From an uncultured Verrucomicrobiae bacterium (GTDB taxonomy: Bacteria; Verrucomicrobiota; Verrucomicrobiia; Limisphaerales; JAFGQR01), in the NCBI GenBank assembly GCA_963788655.1, contig CAWBHS010000062.1, positions 64,001 to 128,000 on the forward strand: a stretch of 64,000 bases of DNA, given 5' to 3'. The notes beneath the pieces were generated by a model. That model was given only the letters and a program-made list of their open reading frames with translations, was not told the origin of the DNA and searched no databases. A program made the position numbers and the translations under genes. This document shows positions 21,397 to 31,363 of the stretch, one piece after another (the stretch's first letter is position 1; every line of letters begins with the position of its first letter).

Positions 21397-21673
21397 GTGT
21401 AGATCCAGTTTGCGCGGTTTGTCGTGGGCGGTGGCAAGGCAATTCGTACCCGACCCGCAAGCATTGACCTCACGAGCAACCGCACCGTACGAGACTAGCA
21501 GGCGGAGGAGGGAAACGATAGCAACAATTGAGTAACGAAGGCCGCGAGGACGAGTGGGGGTAACTCATTGCAGGCATGCGACAACGCTTGCCCCGCTTCA
21601 TGAAGGGCCGGTCAATAAGCCGAACGCTACCGTTCGGGTGGCTTCGGATCGAGGCGCAATTGGGGGCCTCGAC

Positions 21674-21724
21674 AGTTCACTTAAACGTCACTTCTCCGCA
21701 ATCCGATTGTCATCCGCCCGTGAT
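21674..21724 (+). promoter_or_regulatory. Putative Pho-box-like array (11-bp period)
   Basis: AGTTCAC, ACGTCAC, CCGCAAT, TTGTCAT and CCGTGAT start at 21674, 21685, 21696, 21707 and 21718. Confidence 0.45.
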
Positions 21725-21756
21725 TCAGTAGCGGGGAAATCGAAGACTGAAAGCTT

Positions 21757-24690
21757 ATGAAAAAGAAATTGTATCATCATCTCAAGATCGGATTATTCTC
21801 ATTATTGTTGGCACTGGTGCCAGGGGCCTTCGCGGCTGACGTGTCCGTCACGGACGATATCACCGGCAATGTGACCTGGACGAAGAACAACGAGTACTAC
21901 CTGGACGGTTTCATTTATGTGCTGGACGGGGCGACCCTGACCATCGAAGCCGGCACGGTGATCAAGGGTCTGCAAGAACCGAGTGCCGGCACGGGCGAGA
22001 CGGCCAGCGCGCTGCTGGTGACCCAGGGCGGCAAGTTGATGGCCGAAGGCACGGCCAGCGAACCGATCATCTTCACCTCGGAATATGATGACGTCACCGA
22101 CCCCGATGCCCTCGGGATCTTCGAACGCGGGTTGTGGGGTGGCGTGGTGCTCTTTGGCAAAGCCACGATTAACACCTCCAGCAACACCGCGGGTGACGCG
22201 GCCAATCCGAAGTATGACGTGTTTGAAGGGTTGCCCGACACGCAAATCGGGGCGCAGTTTGTGAACCGCTTCGGCGGCAATGACGACACGGACAACTCGG
22301 GCGTGCTGCGGTATGTGAGCATCCGGCACGCGGGCGTGGTGTTCCTGCCCAACAAGGAACTCAACGGCTTGTCGCTGGGCGCGGTGGGCAACGGCACGAC
22401 CATCGAGCACGTGGAATGTTACGCGACCGCCGATGACGGGTTCGAGTTTTTCGGGGGCGCGGTGAACACCAAATGGCTGGTGAGTGCGTTCAATGACGAC
22501 GACTGTTTTGACACCGACCAGGGCTATCACGGCAAGAACCAGTTCTGGTTTGCGATCCAGGAGAACGGCAAACGGGACAACGGCGGGGAATGGAACGGCG
22601 AACCCAACGACATAGCGGTGAGCAACGCGCCGCTTGCCAACTTCACGGTGTATAACATGACGCTGATCGGGGCGGGGGCCGCCAGCGCGAACACGGCGGT
22701 CAACCATGGCTTCACGATCCGCGAGTATTCGGCGCCGCGGGTGTACAACAGCATCATCACCGACTTCCGGGGCAATGGCATCCGCATCACGGACGACCGT
22801 TCCGGCGCGATGCTGAACGCGGGGATCATGGACTTCCGGGACAACCTGTGGTGGAGCTTCCATGATCCGGTGGCGGGCGAGCGGGCGGACGTGCTGTTCA
22901 ACGAATCGGCCCGGCGCAACGACGTAGTGGACCCGCTGTTGGCGGGCATCAGCCGGATCAACGACAACGGCTTGGATCCGCGGCCCATGCCCTATAGCCC
23001 GGCGCTGTGCGGTTCGCGCACGCCGCCCAATGATGGGTTTTACAGCCAGGTGAGTTACAAAGGCGCGTTCGACGCGACCGATCTGTGGGTGGACGGCTGG
23101 ACGTTCCTGGCGGCCAAAGGCTTTCTGGCCACCAGTCCGGCAGCGGTGCCGCCCGCGGGGCAGCAGCAGGTGGCGGTCAGTGCCGACATCAGCGGGAACG
23201 TGACGTGGTATCGCACCAACGAATACGTGTTGGACGGCTTCATTTACGTGCTCAACGGCGCGGTGTTGAACATCGAGGCGGGCACGGTGATCAAGGGCGT
23301 GCAAGAGCCGAGTGCCGGCACGGGCGAAACGGCCAGCGCGCTGTTAGTGACGCAAGGGGGCCGCATCTATGCGCGCGGCAACGAGGATTACCCGATCATT
23401 TTCACCTCGGAGTATGACGACGTGACCGACCCGGACGCGCTGGGGATCTTCGAGCGCGGGTTGTGGGGTGGCGTGGTGCTCTTTGGCAAAGCCACCATCA
23501 ACACCTCCAGCAACACCGCAGGCGACGCGGCCAATCCGAAGTATGACGTGTTTGAAGGGCTGCCCGACACGCAAATCGGAGCGCAGTTTGTGAACCGCTT
23601 CGGCGGGAACAACGACGGGGATGATTCGGGCGTGCTGTGTTACGTGTCCATCCGGCATTCGGGCGTGGTGTTCCTGCCCAACAAGGAACTCAACGGGCTG
23701 TCACTGGGCGCGGTGGGCAACGGGACGACCGTTGACCACGTGGAGTGCTACGCGATCGCCGATGACGGGTTCGAGTTTTTCGGGGGCGCGGTGAACACCA
23801 AATGGCTGGTGAGTGCGTTCAATGACGACGACTGTTTCGACACCGACCAGGGCTATCACGGCAAGAACCAGTTCTGGTTTGCGATCCAGGAGAACGGCAA
23901 ACGGGACAACGGCGGAGAATGGAACGGCGAACCCAACGACATAGCGGTGAGCAACGCGCCGCTTGCCAACTTCATGGTGTATAACATGACGTTGATCGGG
24001 GCGGGGGCCAACAGCGCGAACACGGCGCTCAACCACGGCTTCACGATCCGCGAGTATTCGGCGCCGCGGGTGTACAACAGCATCATCACCGACTTCCGGG
24101 GCAATGGCATCCGCATTACGGACGACCGTTCCGGTGCGATGTTGACGGCGGGGATCATGGACTTCCGGGACAACCTGTGGTGGAGCTTCCACGATCCGGT
24201 GGCGGGCGAGCGGGCGGACGTGCTCTTCAGCGATACGACGCGGAGCAACGAAGTGGTGAACCCGCTGCTGACGAGCATCAGTCGGACGAACGACAACCGG
24301 TTGGACCCGCGACCGGCGGCCGGCAGTCCGGCGTTGACCTCGAACCGGCAGGCGCCCGACGACGGGTTCTTCGCACCGGTGGCCTACAAGGGCGCCTTTG
24401 ACGCCAACAACCTGTGGTTGCAGAAATGGACCTTCCTCGACGCCAAAGGCTTCCTCGGTAGTGCGGCCGGTCCAATGGCACCAACGCTGACCATTACCAG
24501 CGACGCCATGGGCACCTCGATCAGCTTCATGTCGGAGGCCGGGGTTTCGTATCTGTTGAAGTCAACCACCGACCTGGCTTCGCCCATTACTTGGAGCGAT
24601 GAAGGAATAATGACCGGCACCGGTGGCATGATCAGCTTCGTCGTTACGACCGGAGATCCGGCCAAGTTCTATCAAGTGCTGGCCCAATAA
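21757..24690 (+). CDS. Secreted beta-helix-like protein with two tandem ~443-aa units and C-terminal [KR]FY domain
   Basis: Signal peptide; duplicated LTIEAGTVIK..PIIFTS..WGG..ELNGLSLGAVG..DDGFEFFGG..DDDCFDTD units. Confidence 0.85.
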   Translation: MKKKLYHHLKIGLFSLLLALVPGAFAADVSVTDDITGNVTWTKNNEYYLDGFIYVLDGATLTIEAGTVIKGLQEPSAGTGETASALLVTQGGKLMAEGTASEPIIFTSEYDDVTDPDALGIFERGLWGGVVLFGKATINTSSNTAGDAANPKYDVFEGLPDTQIGAQFVNRFGGNDDTDNSGVLRYVSIRHAGVVFLPNKELNGLSLGAVGNGTTIEHVECYATADDGFEFFGGAVNTKWLVSAFNDDDCFDTDQGYHGKNQFWFAIQENGKRDNGGEWNGEPNDIAVSNAPLANFTVYNMTLIGAGAASANTAVNHGFTIREYSAPRVYNSIITDFRGNGIRITDDRSGAMLNAGIMDFRDNLWWSFHDPVAGERADVLFNESARRNDVVDPLLAGISRINDNGLDPRPMPYSPALCGSRTPPNDGFYSQVSYKGAFDATDLWVDGWTFLAAKGFLATSPAAVPPAGQQQVAVSADISGNVTWYRTNEYVLDGFIYVLNGAVLNIEAGTVIKGVQEPSAGTGETASALLVTQGGRIYARGNEDYPIIFTSEYDDVTDPDALGIFERGLWGGVVLFGKATINTSSNTAGDAANPKYDVFEGLPDTQIGAQFVNRFGGNNDGDDSGVLCYVSIRHSGVVFLPNKELNGLSLGAVGNGTTVDHVECYAIADDGFEFFGGAVNTKWLVSAFNDDDCFDTDQGYHGKNQFWFAIQENGKRDNGGEWNGEPNDIAVSNAPLANFMVYNMTLIGAGANSANTALNHGFTIREYSAPRVYNSIITDFRGNGIRITDDRSGAMLTAGIMDFRDNLWWSFHDPVAGERADVLFSDTTRSNEVVNPLLTSISRTNDNRLDPRPAAGSPALTSNRQAPDDGFFAPVAYKGAFDANNLWLQKWTFLDAKGFLGSAAGPMAPTLTITSDAMGTSISFMSEAGVSYLLKSTTDLASPITWSDEGIMTGTGGMISFVVTTGDPAKFYQVLAQ

Positions 24691-24731
24691 TACCCATTCG
24701 AAGCACGACCCAGAGTCGCTGACCCTACGAG

Positions 24732-24760
24732 GAGAGCCTTTAACGAGGCTCTCCTTTTTT
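24732..24760 (+). terminator. Rho-independent terminator
   Basis: GAGAGCCT-TTAACG-AGGCTCTC followed by a T-run. Confidence 0.75.
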
Positions 24761-24854
24761 GTTTTTGTCATCGCTTTCGAAAGGCTCGTTTTGGCGGTTG
24801 GTGTTTGAACCCCATGTTGCGCGCGATGAATATTTGCCCGACACTGGCTTCCGC

Positions 24855-27800
24855 ATGAACATCCGGCTTTTGCTCATCAATTCGTTGTCCGCATGCTTTG
24901 CTCTGTCGGCTGCAGCGCAAATTGCCGTGCAGGACGGTTTTGAATCCGGCGCGGTTTCGTCCGCCTGGGCCGTTGCTGGTGGCATCGCTGTCCAGTCCGA
25001 TGGTGGGGCGAATGGTACCGCGCATTACGCCCGGCTCGGGGCTTATAGTCAGAGCACCGGGCGGATGCTGGAAGCGGACTTTACTGACGCGGCGCTTGAT
25101 GGCGCGAAGGATTTTTACGTGGATTGTTTCTTCCGGATTCAGGACACCACCCAACGCCAGTTCAATCTGCACATTGCTTTTGGCAACACCGCTACGGTGA
25201 ATCTCCGCTATCAGGCGAGCCAGGGCGGCTGGGCGGTCTATGACACGGCATGGCGGCCGGTCGCCGGTCTGGGCAGCGTGACGCCGGAGCAATGGTATCG
25301 GTTGCGGCTGAGCGGCTATGATTGGGGCAACGCGGCGGCCCATTACGAGGTGCAGCTTTCCGACGCCGGCACGACAAATTTCACCAGTGGCGCCTCGAAC
25401 CTCACGATCTACCAAAGCGGTAATCCGCAAACCACCACGGCCAAGCTCTTCCGTTTTACCACCGAATTCGGCAATAATCCGGGTTTCGACGTGGACGAAG
25501 TCGCGGCGGTGGTGACGGCCGCACCGCCGGCAGAAACCAACGCCATCGTCAATATCAGTGGCACCTACCCGCACCTGGCGGTCTTCAGCGAGGCCGGGGA
25601 AATCGGCATTGGCGCGGTGGTGCCCTGGGCGGGTAAGCTTTGGTTTGTCACTTATCCGCCGCACGCGCCGAATGGCAGTTCGGACAAGTTGTGGATGGTG
25701 GACTCGAACCTGACTTTGACGCCGCATCCGGTGAGCGTCGGCGGAACGCATGCCAATCGGCTCATTCATCGCGAGTCGCAACAGCTCAACATCGGTCCGT
25801 ATTTCATCGACGCGACCGGCGGCGTCCGCGTGGTGTCGCCCAGCATCATGCCGGGACGGCTCACCGGCAGCGCGCGGCATCTCATCGATCCGGCGAACAA
25901 GATTTACATCGCTACGATGGAAGAGGGTTTGTACGAAGTGAATGTTCACACCCTGGCCGTCATGGAGCTTTACCACGACTTGAACTCCGCCGCCGGGCCG
26001 GACGATCATCTGTCCGACCTGCCGGGCCAACACGGCAAGGGCCTCTATTCGGCGCAGGGTCGGTTGGTCTATTCCAACAATGGCAACGGCGGTGTGCTGG
26101 CTTCGTGGGATGGCTTGTCGTGGACCGTTGTCCAGCGAGCCAAGTTTACCGAGGTGACCGGACCAGGCGGTATCTACGGCAATTCACCTGACGACGACCG
26201 ACTGTGGGCGTTGGGCTGGGACGATCGTTCGGTCATTCTGAAGCTGCTGCAAGACGGCGTCTGGCACACCTACCGGCTGCCGAAAGGGAGCTACACGCAC
26301 GATGCCGACCACGGTTGGTTTACCGAATGGCCGCGCATTCGCGAGATTGTCGATGGCAAGATGCTCATGCACATGCACGGGCTGTTCTACTATTTTCCAA
26401 AGACCTTCTCGGTCGCGAACACCGCGGGCATTGATCCGATCTGTTCGTATCTCAAGATGCCGGTCGATTATTGCTGGTGGAACGGTCAACTCGTCATGGG
26501 CCGGGACGATGCCTCGACCACGGGCGGCAACCGTTGGGCCGGTCAATCGCATTCGGCGCCGTGGTTTGGGCAACTCAGCGATCTCGAACGCTGGGGGCCG
26601 CCCGCGGGTTTTGGCGGGCCGTGGAAGGATGACGACGTGGTGGCCGGGACGCCGAGTGAGCCATTCCTGATCAATGGATTTCAGAAACGTATTCTCCACT
26701 TGAAGCAAACGGGGGCGGCCCCGTTGAATTTCGCCCTGCAATATGATGCCAACGGAACCGGCACTTGGACGACCCTTACGAACTTGAGTGTCGCCGCCCA
26801 AGGTTATACCTGGTACGTGCTGCCCACTTCGCTGAAGGCCGTTTGGGTGCGATTGGTGCCGGATGCCGATGCCAGTGGCGTGACGGCCTATTTCCATCTC
26901 GCCAATCCGCCGGTGACGCCCTCGCCTGAATTATTCGCGGGTATCGCGGACGCAGGGGCCACCAACGCCTACAGCGACGGCATCATTCGTCCGCGGGAAG
27001 GCGACGCGCGCACGCTTCAGTTTGCCGTCAACACGTACGGCGCTGGCGATGCCCCGGAGCAAACCGCCTACTACGAGATCGGCGGCGCGTTGCAACTCAG
27101 GCACCAGACCAACGCGACTGCGGAGCATGCATTGCGCACGACTTACGGCCTGGCCAATGCGGATTTCAGCGTCGATGCGGCGTCGGTCATTGTAACCGAA
27201 GGGACGAATCGATTCCGTCTGCCGAAAAACGACGCGGCTTACGATATGGCGTTCGCTTCCGGTTGGCCGCGGGGCAGGCGCGAAGTCGTCACCGAACGCG
27301 ATTTGTTCCAAGCGCACGGCACCTTCTACGAATTGCCCAAGAGCGCGTCGGGTGGTTTCCGGCGCGTGCGGCCGGTTTGCACTCATCACAAGCACATCAG
27401 CGATTTCGCCTCCTGGCGCGGCATGTTGGCCATCGCCGGAATGGCCGCCAATGCCACCACGAACAATCACGTGTACCGCTCGGCGGACGGGCAGGCGGCG
27501 CTGTGGTTCGGCAATGTGGACGATCTGTGGCGCATGGGGGCGCCGGCCGGCGTGGGCGGACCGTGGAAGAACACCGCCGTGACGGCCAACATTCCCAGCG
27601 ATCCGTATTTGATGTATGGCTACGAAAACAAAGTCCTGGAGCTTTCGCACCAGAACGTCCGGCCGGTCACGTTCACCGTGGAAGTGGATTTTGCCGCGGA
27701 CAATACCTGGAGCGAGTATGGTCGCTTTAAAGTCGAGCCCGGCGAGACGTTGAAACATATTTTCCCCGCAGGTTACTCCGCGCACTGGGTGCGTTTGCGG

Positions 27801-28073
27801 ACCGATGCAGACGCGACGGTGACCGCAACATTTACCTACGGTCCCTCTGCCAGAATCGGAACCGTAATGCGGCTGCCGGACGACAACATGCGGCTGACGT
27901 TCAACGGCCCGGTTGGCCTGAGCTACTCGGTGCGGGCCTCGGCGGAGTTGTCGTCGGCCCCAGGTTCCTGGGAGACGTTGGCGGGCGGGAGATTTGGCGC
28001 CGGCAGTGAGAGTTACGACGTTCTGGATGTCACCAATTGGCCGCAGCGATTCTATGTGATCGCGATGCCGTAA
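24855..28073 (+). CDS. Secreted protein: lectin/LamG-like N domain, uncharacterised W-rich core, C-terminal RFY domain
   Basis: Signal peptide MNIRLLL..AAAQ; core SGTYPHLA..GAVVPWAGKLW..GGTHANR..HGKGLYS..WFTEWPRIRE. Confidence 0.8.
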   Translation: MNIRLLLINSLSACFALSAAAQIAVQDGFESGAVSSAWAVAGGIAVQSDGGANGTAHYARLGAYSQSTGRMLEADFTDAALDGAKDFYVDCFFRIQDTTQRQFNLHIAFGNTATVNLRYQASQGGWAVYDTAWRPVAGLGSVTPEQWYRLRLSGYDWGNAAAHYEVQLSDAGTTNFTSGASNLTIYQSGNPQTTTAKLFRFTTEFGNNPGFDVDEVAAVVTAAPPAETNAIVNISGTYPHLAVFSEAGEIGIGAVVPWAGKLWFVTYPPHAPNGSSDKLWMVDSNLTLTPHPVSVGGTHANRLIHRESQQLNIGPYFIDATGGVRVVSPSIMPGRLTGSARHLIDPANKIYIATMEEGLYEVNVHTLAVMELYHDLNSAAGPDDHLSDLPGQHGKGLYSAQGRLVYSNNGNGGVLASWDGLSWTVVQRAKFTEVTGPGGIYGNSPDDDRLWALGWDDRSVILKLLQDGVWHTYRLPKGSYTHDADHGWFTEWPRIREIVDGKMLMHMHGLFYYFPKTFSVANTAGIDPICSYLKMPVDYCWWNGQLVMGRDDASTTGGNRWAGQSHSAPWFGQLSDLERWGPPAGFGGPWKDDDVVAGTPSEPFLINGFQKRILHLKQTGAAPLNFALQYDANGTGTWTTLTNLSVAAQGYTWYVLPTSLKAVWVRLVPDADASGVTAYFHLANPPVTPSPELFAGIADAGATNAYSDGIIRPREGDARTLQFAVNTYGAGDAPEQTAYYEIGGALQLRHQTNATAEHALRTTYGLANADFSVDAASVIVTEGTNRFRLPKNDAAYDMAFASGWPRGRREVVTERDLFQAHGTFYELPKSASGGFRRVRPVCTHHKHISDFASWRGMLAIAGMAANATTNNHVYRSADGQAALWFGNVDDLWRMGAPAGVGGPWKNTAVTANIPSDPYLMYGYENKVLELSHQNVRPVTFTVEVDFAADNTWSEYGRFKVEPGETLKHIFPAGYSAHWVRLRTDADATVTATFTYGPSARIGTVMRLPDDNMRLTFNGPVGLSYSVRASAELSSAPGSWETLAGGRFGAGSESYDVLDVTNWPQRFYVIAMP

Positions 28074-28082
28074 ATCAATCCA

Positions 28083-28805
28083 ATGACGACACCTCAACGG
28101 AATCTCCTGAACTCGTATCTCACCGTCAAGAACGTGTGCGAACGCAACGTGGAAACTCTCCAGAGCCTGCCCGCCCTGGCCGACGCCTACACCGCCTTCG
28201 TGACGCGTCTGCAAACCATCACCAGCCTCGGGCAAACCCAGGCCGAAATCACCACCGGCGTCGCCCGTGATAAACAACGGCTACGCCAGACGATGTGTGA
28301 CGCCGCCCTGGAAGTGGCGGGCGCAATCCGATCCTGGGCCAAATCGCAAAAGAACGAGGAACTCGCCGACCGTGCCAAATATCATCGAACCACCCTGCTG
28401 GCCGGACGCGCCACCGCCAGCGCGGACCGCTGTCAAACCATTCATGACCTGGCGGCCGGCTACGTCGGACAACTGGGCGACCATGGCGTCACCGCGGAAA
28501 CCTTGTCCGCGTTGCAGGCGCAAATCGACACGTTCAAGGCCATCATTCCCAAGACGCGCACCTTGCGCGCGCAACTCAAGACCATCACCGCCCAACTGGC
28601 GGTGGAATTTCGCGCCGCCAACGAACTGCTGCGCGAGAACCTGGACCGCTTGATCCTCCAATTCCGTCGCGGCCACCCGGCGTTGGTGGCGGACTACCGT
28701 CATGCCCGCAAAATCGTCGCCCACGCCGCCACCCACCACCGCGACCAGACCGTCGCCCTGCCCGAAACCGTGTCCTCAGAACCGCCCCTGGCCGAAGCAG
28801 CGTGA
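28083..28805 (+). CDS. Hypothetical alpha-helical protein
   Basis: Host-like codon usage; starts 9 bp after the previous gene; ends LDRLILQF..YRHARKIV. Confidence 0.75.
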   Translation: MTTPQRNLLNSYLTVKNVCERNVETLQSLPALADAYTAFVTRLQTITSLGQTQAEITTGVARDKQRLRQTMCDAALEVAGAIRSWAKSQKNEELADRAKYHRTTLLAGRATASADRCQTIHDLAAGYVGQLGDHGVTAETLSALQAQIDTFKAIIPKTRTLRAQLKTITAQLAVEFRAANELLRENLDRLILQFRRGHPALVADYRHARKIVAHAATHHRDQTVALPETVSSEPPLAEAA

Positions 28806-28818
28806 GCGGCGGGAGAAA

Positions 28819-30062
28819 GATGCTGGATGCTGGATGCTGGATGCCAGATACCGAATGCCGGAGCCGCTGCTCTTTCCCTCGCCCCCCTGGGGGAGAGGGT
28901 CAGGGTGAGGGGGGAACTTCAAACCCAACCAAGAATTCAAACGAATGGACAGGTATGGATCTCCCCCCTTGAGGGAGAGAATGCTCCAAAAAGCTATCGC
29001 TTTGGTACCCTGAACCGCCGCAACGTAGGGCGCGTCACTCCGTGCGCGCCGGCCGCTTCCCAGCGGATGGTTCGCTAAATTCGCGGCGCGCTGCAGACTG
29101 CGTGCCCTGCCTCGGCGGTACAGCGGGGAACTTCGCCCTCGAAGAATAGACGCGCCTCGCTGCCCAAAAAGCGGTCACGCAGAGCGCGGCAGCGTTGTGG
29201 AGTGCGGCAGTCCTCTGCCGCTTTCGCCCGCGCAGCCCGTTCCGAAAGCGCCAGAGGGCTGGCGCAGTCCAAAACCTCGCGGCCCTTCGGTCGGTGCCTG
29301 GAAAGGTGCCCGACCTGTCGCGTCGAAGCAACACGCCGGCGCCACGGTAGGGTGCGCCACTCCGTGCGCGCCGACTGGTTCCCAGCGGATGGTTTGCTAA
29401 ATTCGTGGCGCGCCAGGGACTGCGCTCCCCACCTCGACGGTCCATGGAAAGAGAGCACATTAGGCGCCCGCCAGGAACCGCAAGCGCGCACTTGTGCACC
29501 ACCCCCGAAGCGCCTATCCCCAAGCCAGCGGTGACGTTTGCGACGCCTCCAAAGACCAAGGCAGGTTCGATGGCTCTTCCCTCTCCTTGGGGAGAGGGTC
29601 AGGGTGAGGGGAACCGTCGGCGCCAATCGTTCAACGGCTATCGATTTTTCTGAGCCTGTCAAACCCTCAGAGTCCTCCGGCGCAGCCGGTGGTTTCCCTT
29701 CGGCTCCAAAATCGCCCAAAGCGCGGCAACCGAAGCTCAAACTGAACCTTGGGATTTGGGCATTCTCTGGGATTTGGTCATTGGTCATTGGTCATTTGCC
29801 CCGAATTCCCATTCCTCCGGCCGTCGCCGCTTCGTCTTCACGGTCTTCCAGTCCCGGAGGGACGCCCGAAAATAGCCCAGCGTTTGAACGCTGGGCATCC
29901 GAGCCAAAGGAAATCGAGTCCCGAAGGGACGAAAGAAACCGCCGCTCATTGCCCCGCCAATCCAAAACGATTCGGCCGTCCCTCCGGGACCTGAAATCAT
30001 TTCAAACGCTCCCACCCAGCGTTAAGAACAAAACGCTGGGCCAGTTTCGGCTGCCCCGCCAG
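28819..30062. repeat. Mosaic cluster of REP-like and heptamer repeats
   Basis: GATGCTG array at 28819-28860; GGGAGAGGG REPs at 28866-28917 and 29574-29615; GTAGGG..CTCCGTGCGCGCC direct repeats at 29024-29091 and 29346-29413; TGGAGTGCG doublet at 29197-29276; heptamer arm at 29748-29797; GTCCCGGAGGGAC element at 29851-30062. Confidence 0.8.
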
Positions 30063-30082
30063 GGCGCGAATCTCTCAACACT

Positions 30083-31311
30083 GTACAACGTTTCATTAAA
30101 TACTTTACACATCACGAAGGCCCGAGATCGAACTTTTTCCAGCGATGCACCACCGGAGCCGCATTGATTTCCGCGATGCCGCGCAGAATTCTCTCCTTGA
30201 GTTCGGCCTTGGATTGCACCCGGATTTGCTTCAAGAACGTGTGCGCCATCTTGCCAAAGAGCGTTTCGACCAGATTGAGCCAGGAACCGTGCTTGGGCGT
30301 GTGAACATAACTGAAGCGGTTGGGTCGCGTTGCCAAGTAAGCGCGCGTCTCCTTGGAGATGTGAGCCGAGTGGTTATCCAGAATAATCCGTATCGTCACC
30401 CCAGCCGGATAATAGGCGTCCAGGTCTTTGAGCAGCGCGACGAATTCCCGGCTGCGATGGCGCTCCTCGACCCGCGCCACAACGTGCCCGTCATGCAAAT
30501 CCAGCGAGGCCAGGATCGAAAGGGTTCCGTGCCGTTTGTATTCATGGTCGCGGCTGACGGTGGGGTGTTTCTCCGGCACGGGCGGCAAATCAGGCGCCGT
30601 ATTGGCAAGGGCCTGCACTCCCGGCTTTTCATCAATGGACACCGTGATGACGCTGGGCGCCACGCTCGCGGGTGCCGCCGCCGCTTGGTTCTGCACCGCC
30701 ACCTCTTGGTAAACCATGAGCACTTCCTTCATCTTAAGCTCAAATTCCGGATCCCGTCGTTCCAGGTAATACTTCACTTTATGCGGTTGCAGGTGCTGCT
30801 CGTCCAGAATCCTTTGCACGGTGGCCTTGGCCGCCTGCGCCAGGCTGGGGTGGCCTGCGGCTTGCGCCTGCTGGCGCACATGAACCGCCAGCGATTGGCG
30901 CGTCCACAGTTCTGCTGCATAGCCAAGTTCCTTAGGCTTCGTGCAAGCCAAGTGGACCACCCAGACTTTGTCGGCGCTGGTAATAACCGGTTCCTTAGGA
31001 CGATGAAAAGCGTCTTTGAGCCCGGCTTCGATTCCCATCTCCAGGGCCTTGTGCAGGCAGTGATAAATGGTGACTCGGCTGATCCCAAGGGCTCTTTGAA
31101 TCGCCGAAGGGTTGTTGCCTGCGCGGTATTGCAAAAGAATCCGCGCCCGTTCAACCTCACGCACCGGCGCGGCACGCGAAGCCTGAAGAGTTTCCAGTCG
31201 CTTTTCCTCCTCCGGGCTGAGGACCAAAGCTGGGAGCTTGGATTTTCCGGCCATGCCCCCGACGGTAGCAGGTCAGGCAGAGTCTGTAAACCTTTTAATG
31301 AAACGATGTAC
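30083..31311 (-). mobile_element. IS630 family insertion sequence
   Basis: Terminal inverted repeats GTACAWCGTTTCATTAAA-NNN-TTTACA flank a single transposase ORF. Confidence 0.9.
30112..31254 (-). CDS. IS630 family transposase
   Basis: HTH region, then DDE motifs SIDEKPG, EYKRHGT, ILDNHSAH and SWLNLVE. Confidence 0.95.
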   Translation of the reverse strand: MAGKSKLPALVLSPEEEKRLETLQASRAAPVREVERARILLQYRAGNNPSAIQRALGISRVTIYHCLHKALEMGIEAGLKDAFHRPKEPVITSADKVWVVHLACTKPKELGYAAELWTRQSLAVHVRQQAQAAGHPSLAQAAKATVQRILDEQHLQPHKVKYYLERRDPEFELKMKEVLMVYQEVAVQNQAAAAPASVAPSVITVSIDEKPGVQALANTAPDLPPVPEKHPTVSRDHEYKRHGTLSILASLDLHDGHVVARVEERHRSREFVALLKDLDAYYPAGVTIRIILDNHSAHISKETRAYLATRPNRFSYVHTPKHGSWLNLVETLFGKMAHTFLKQIRVQSKAELKERILRGIAEINAAPVVHRWKKFDLGPS

Positions 31312-31363
31312 TAGACGCGTGCGCAATTGCCCTGTCGTTTGCGGATTGCCTGGCCATCCCAAT

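Noticed and set aside
28806..30082. CRISPR array
   Set aside because: Repeats are heterogeneous, inverted and irregularly spaced; no cas genes.
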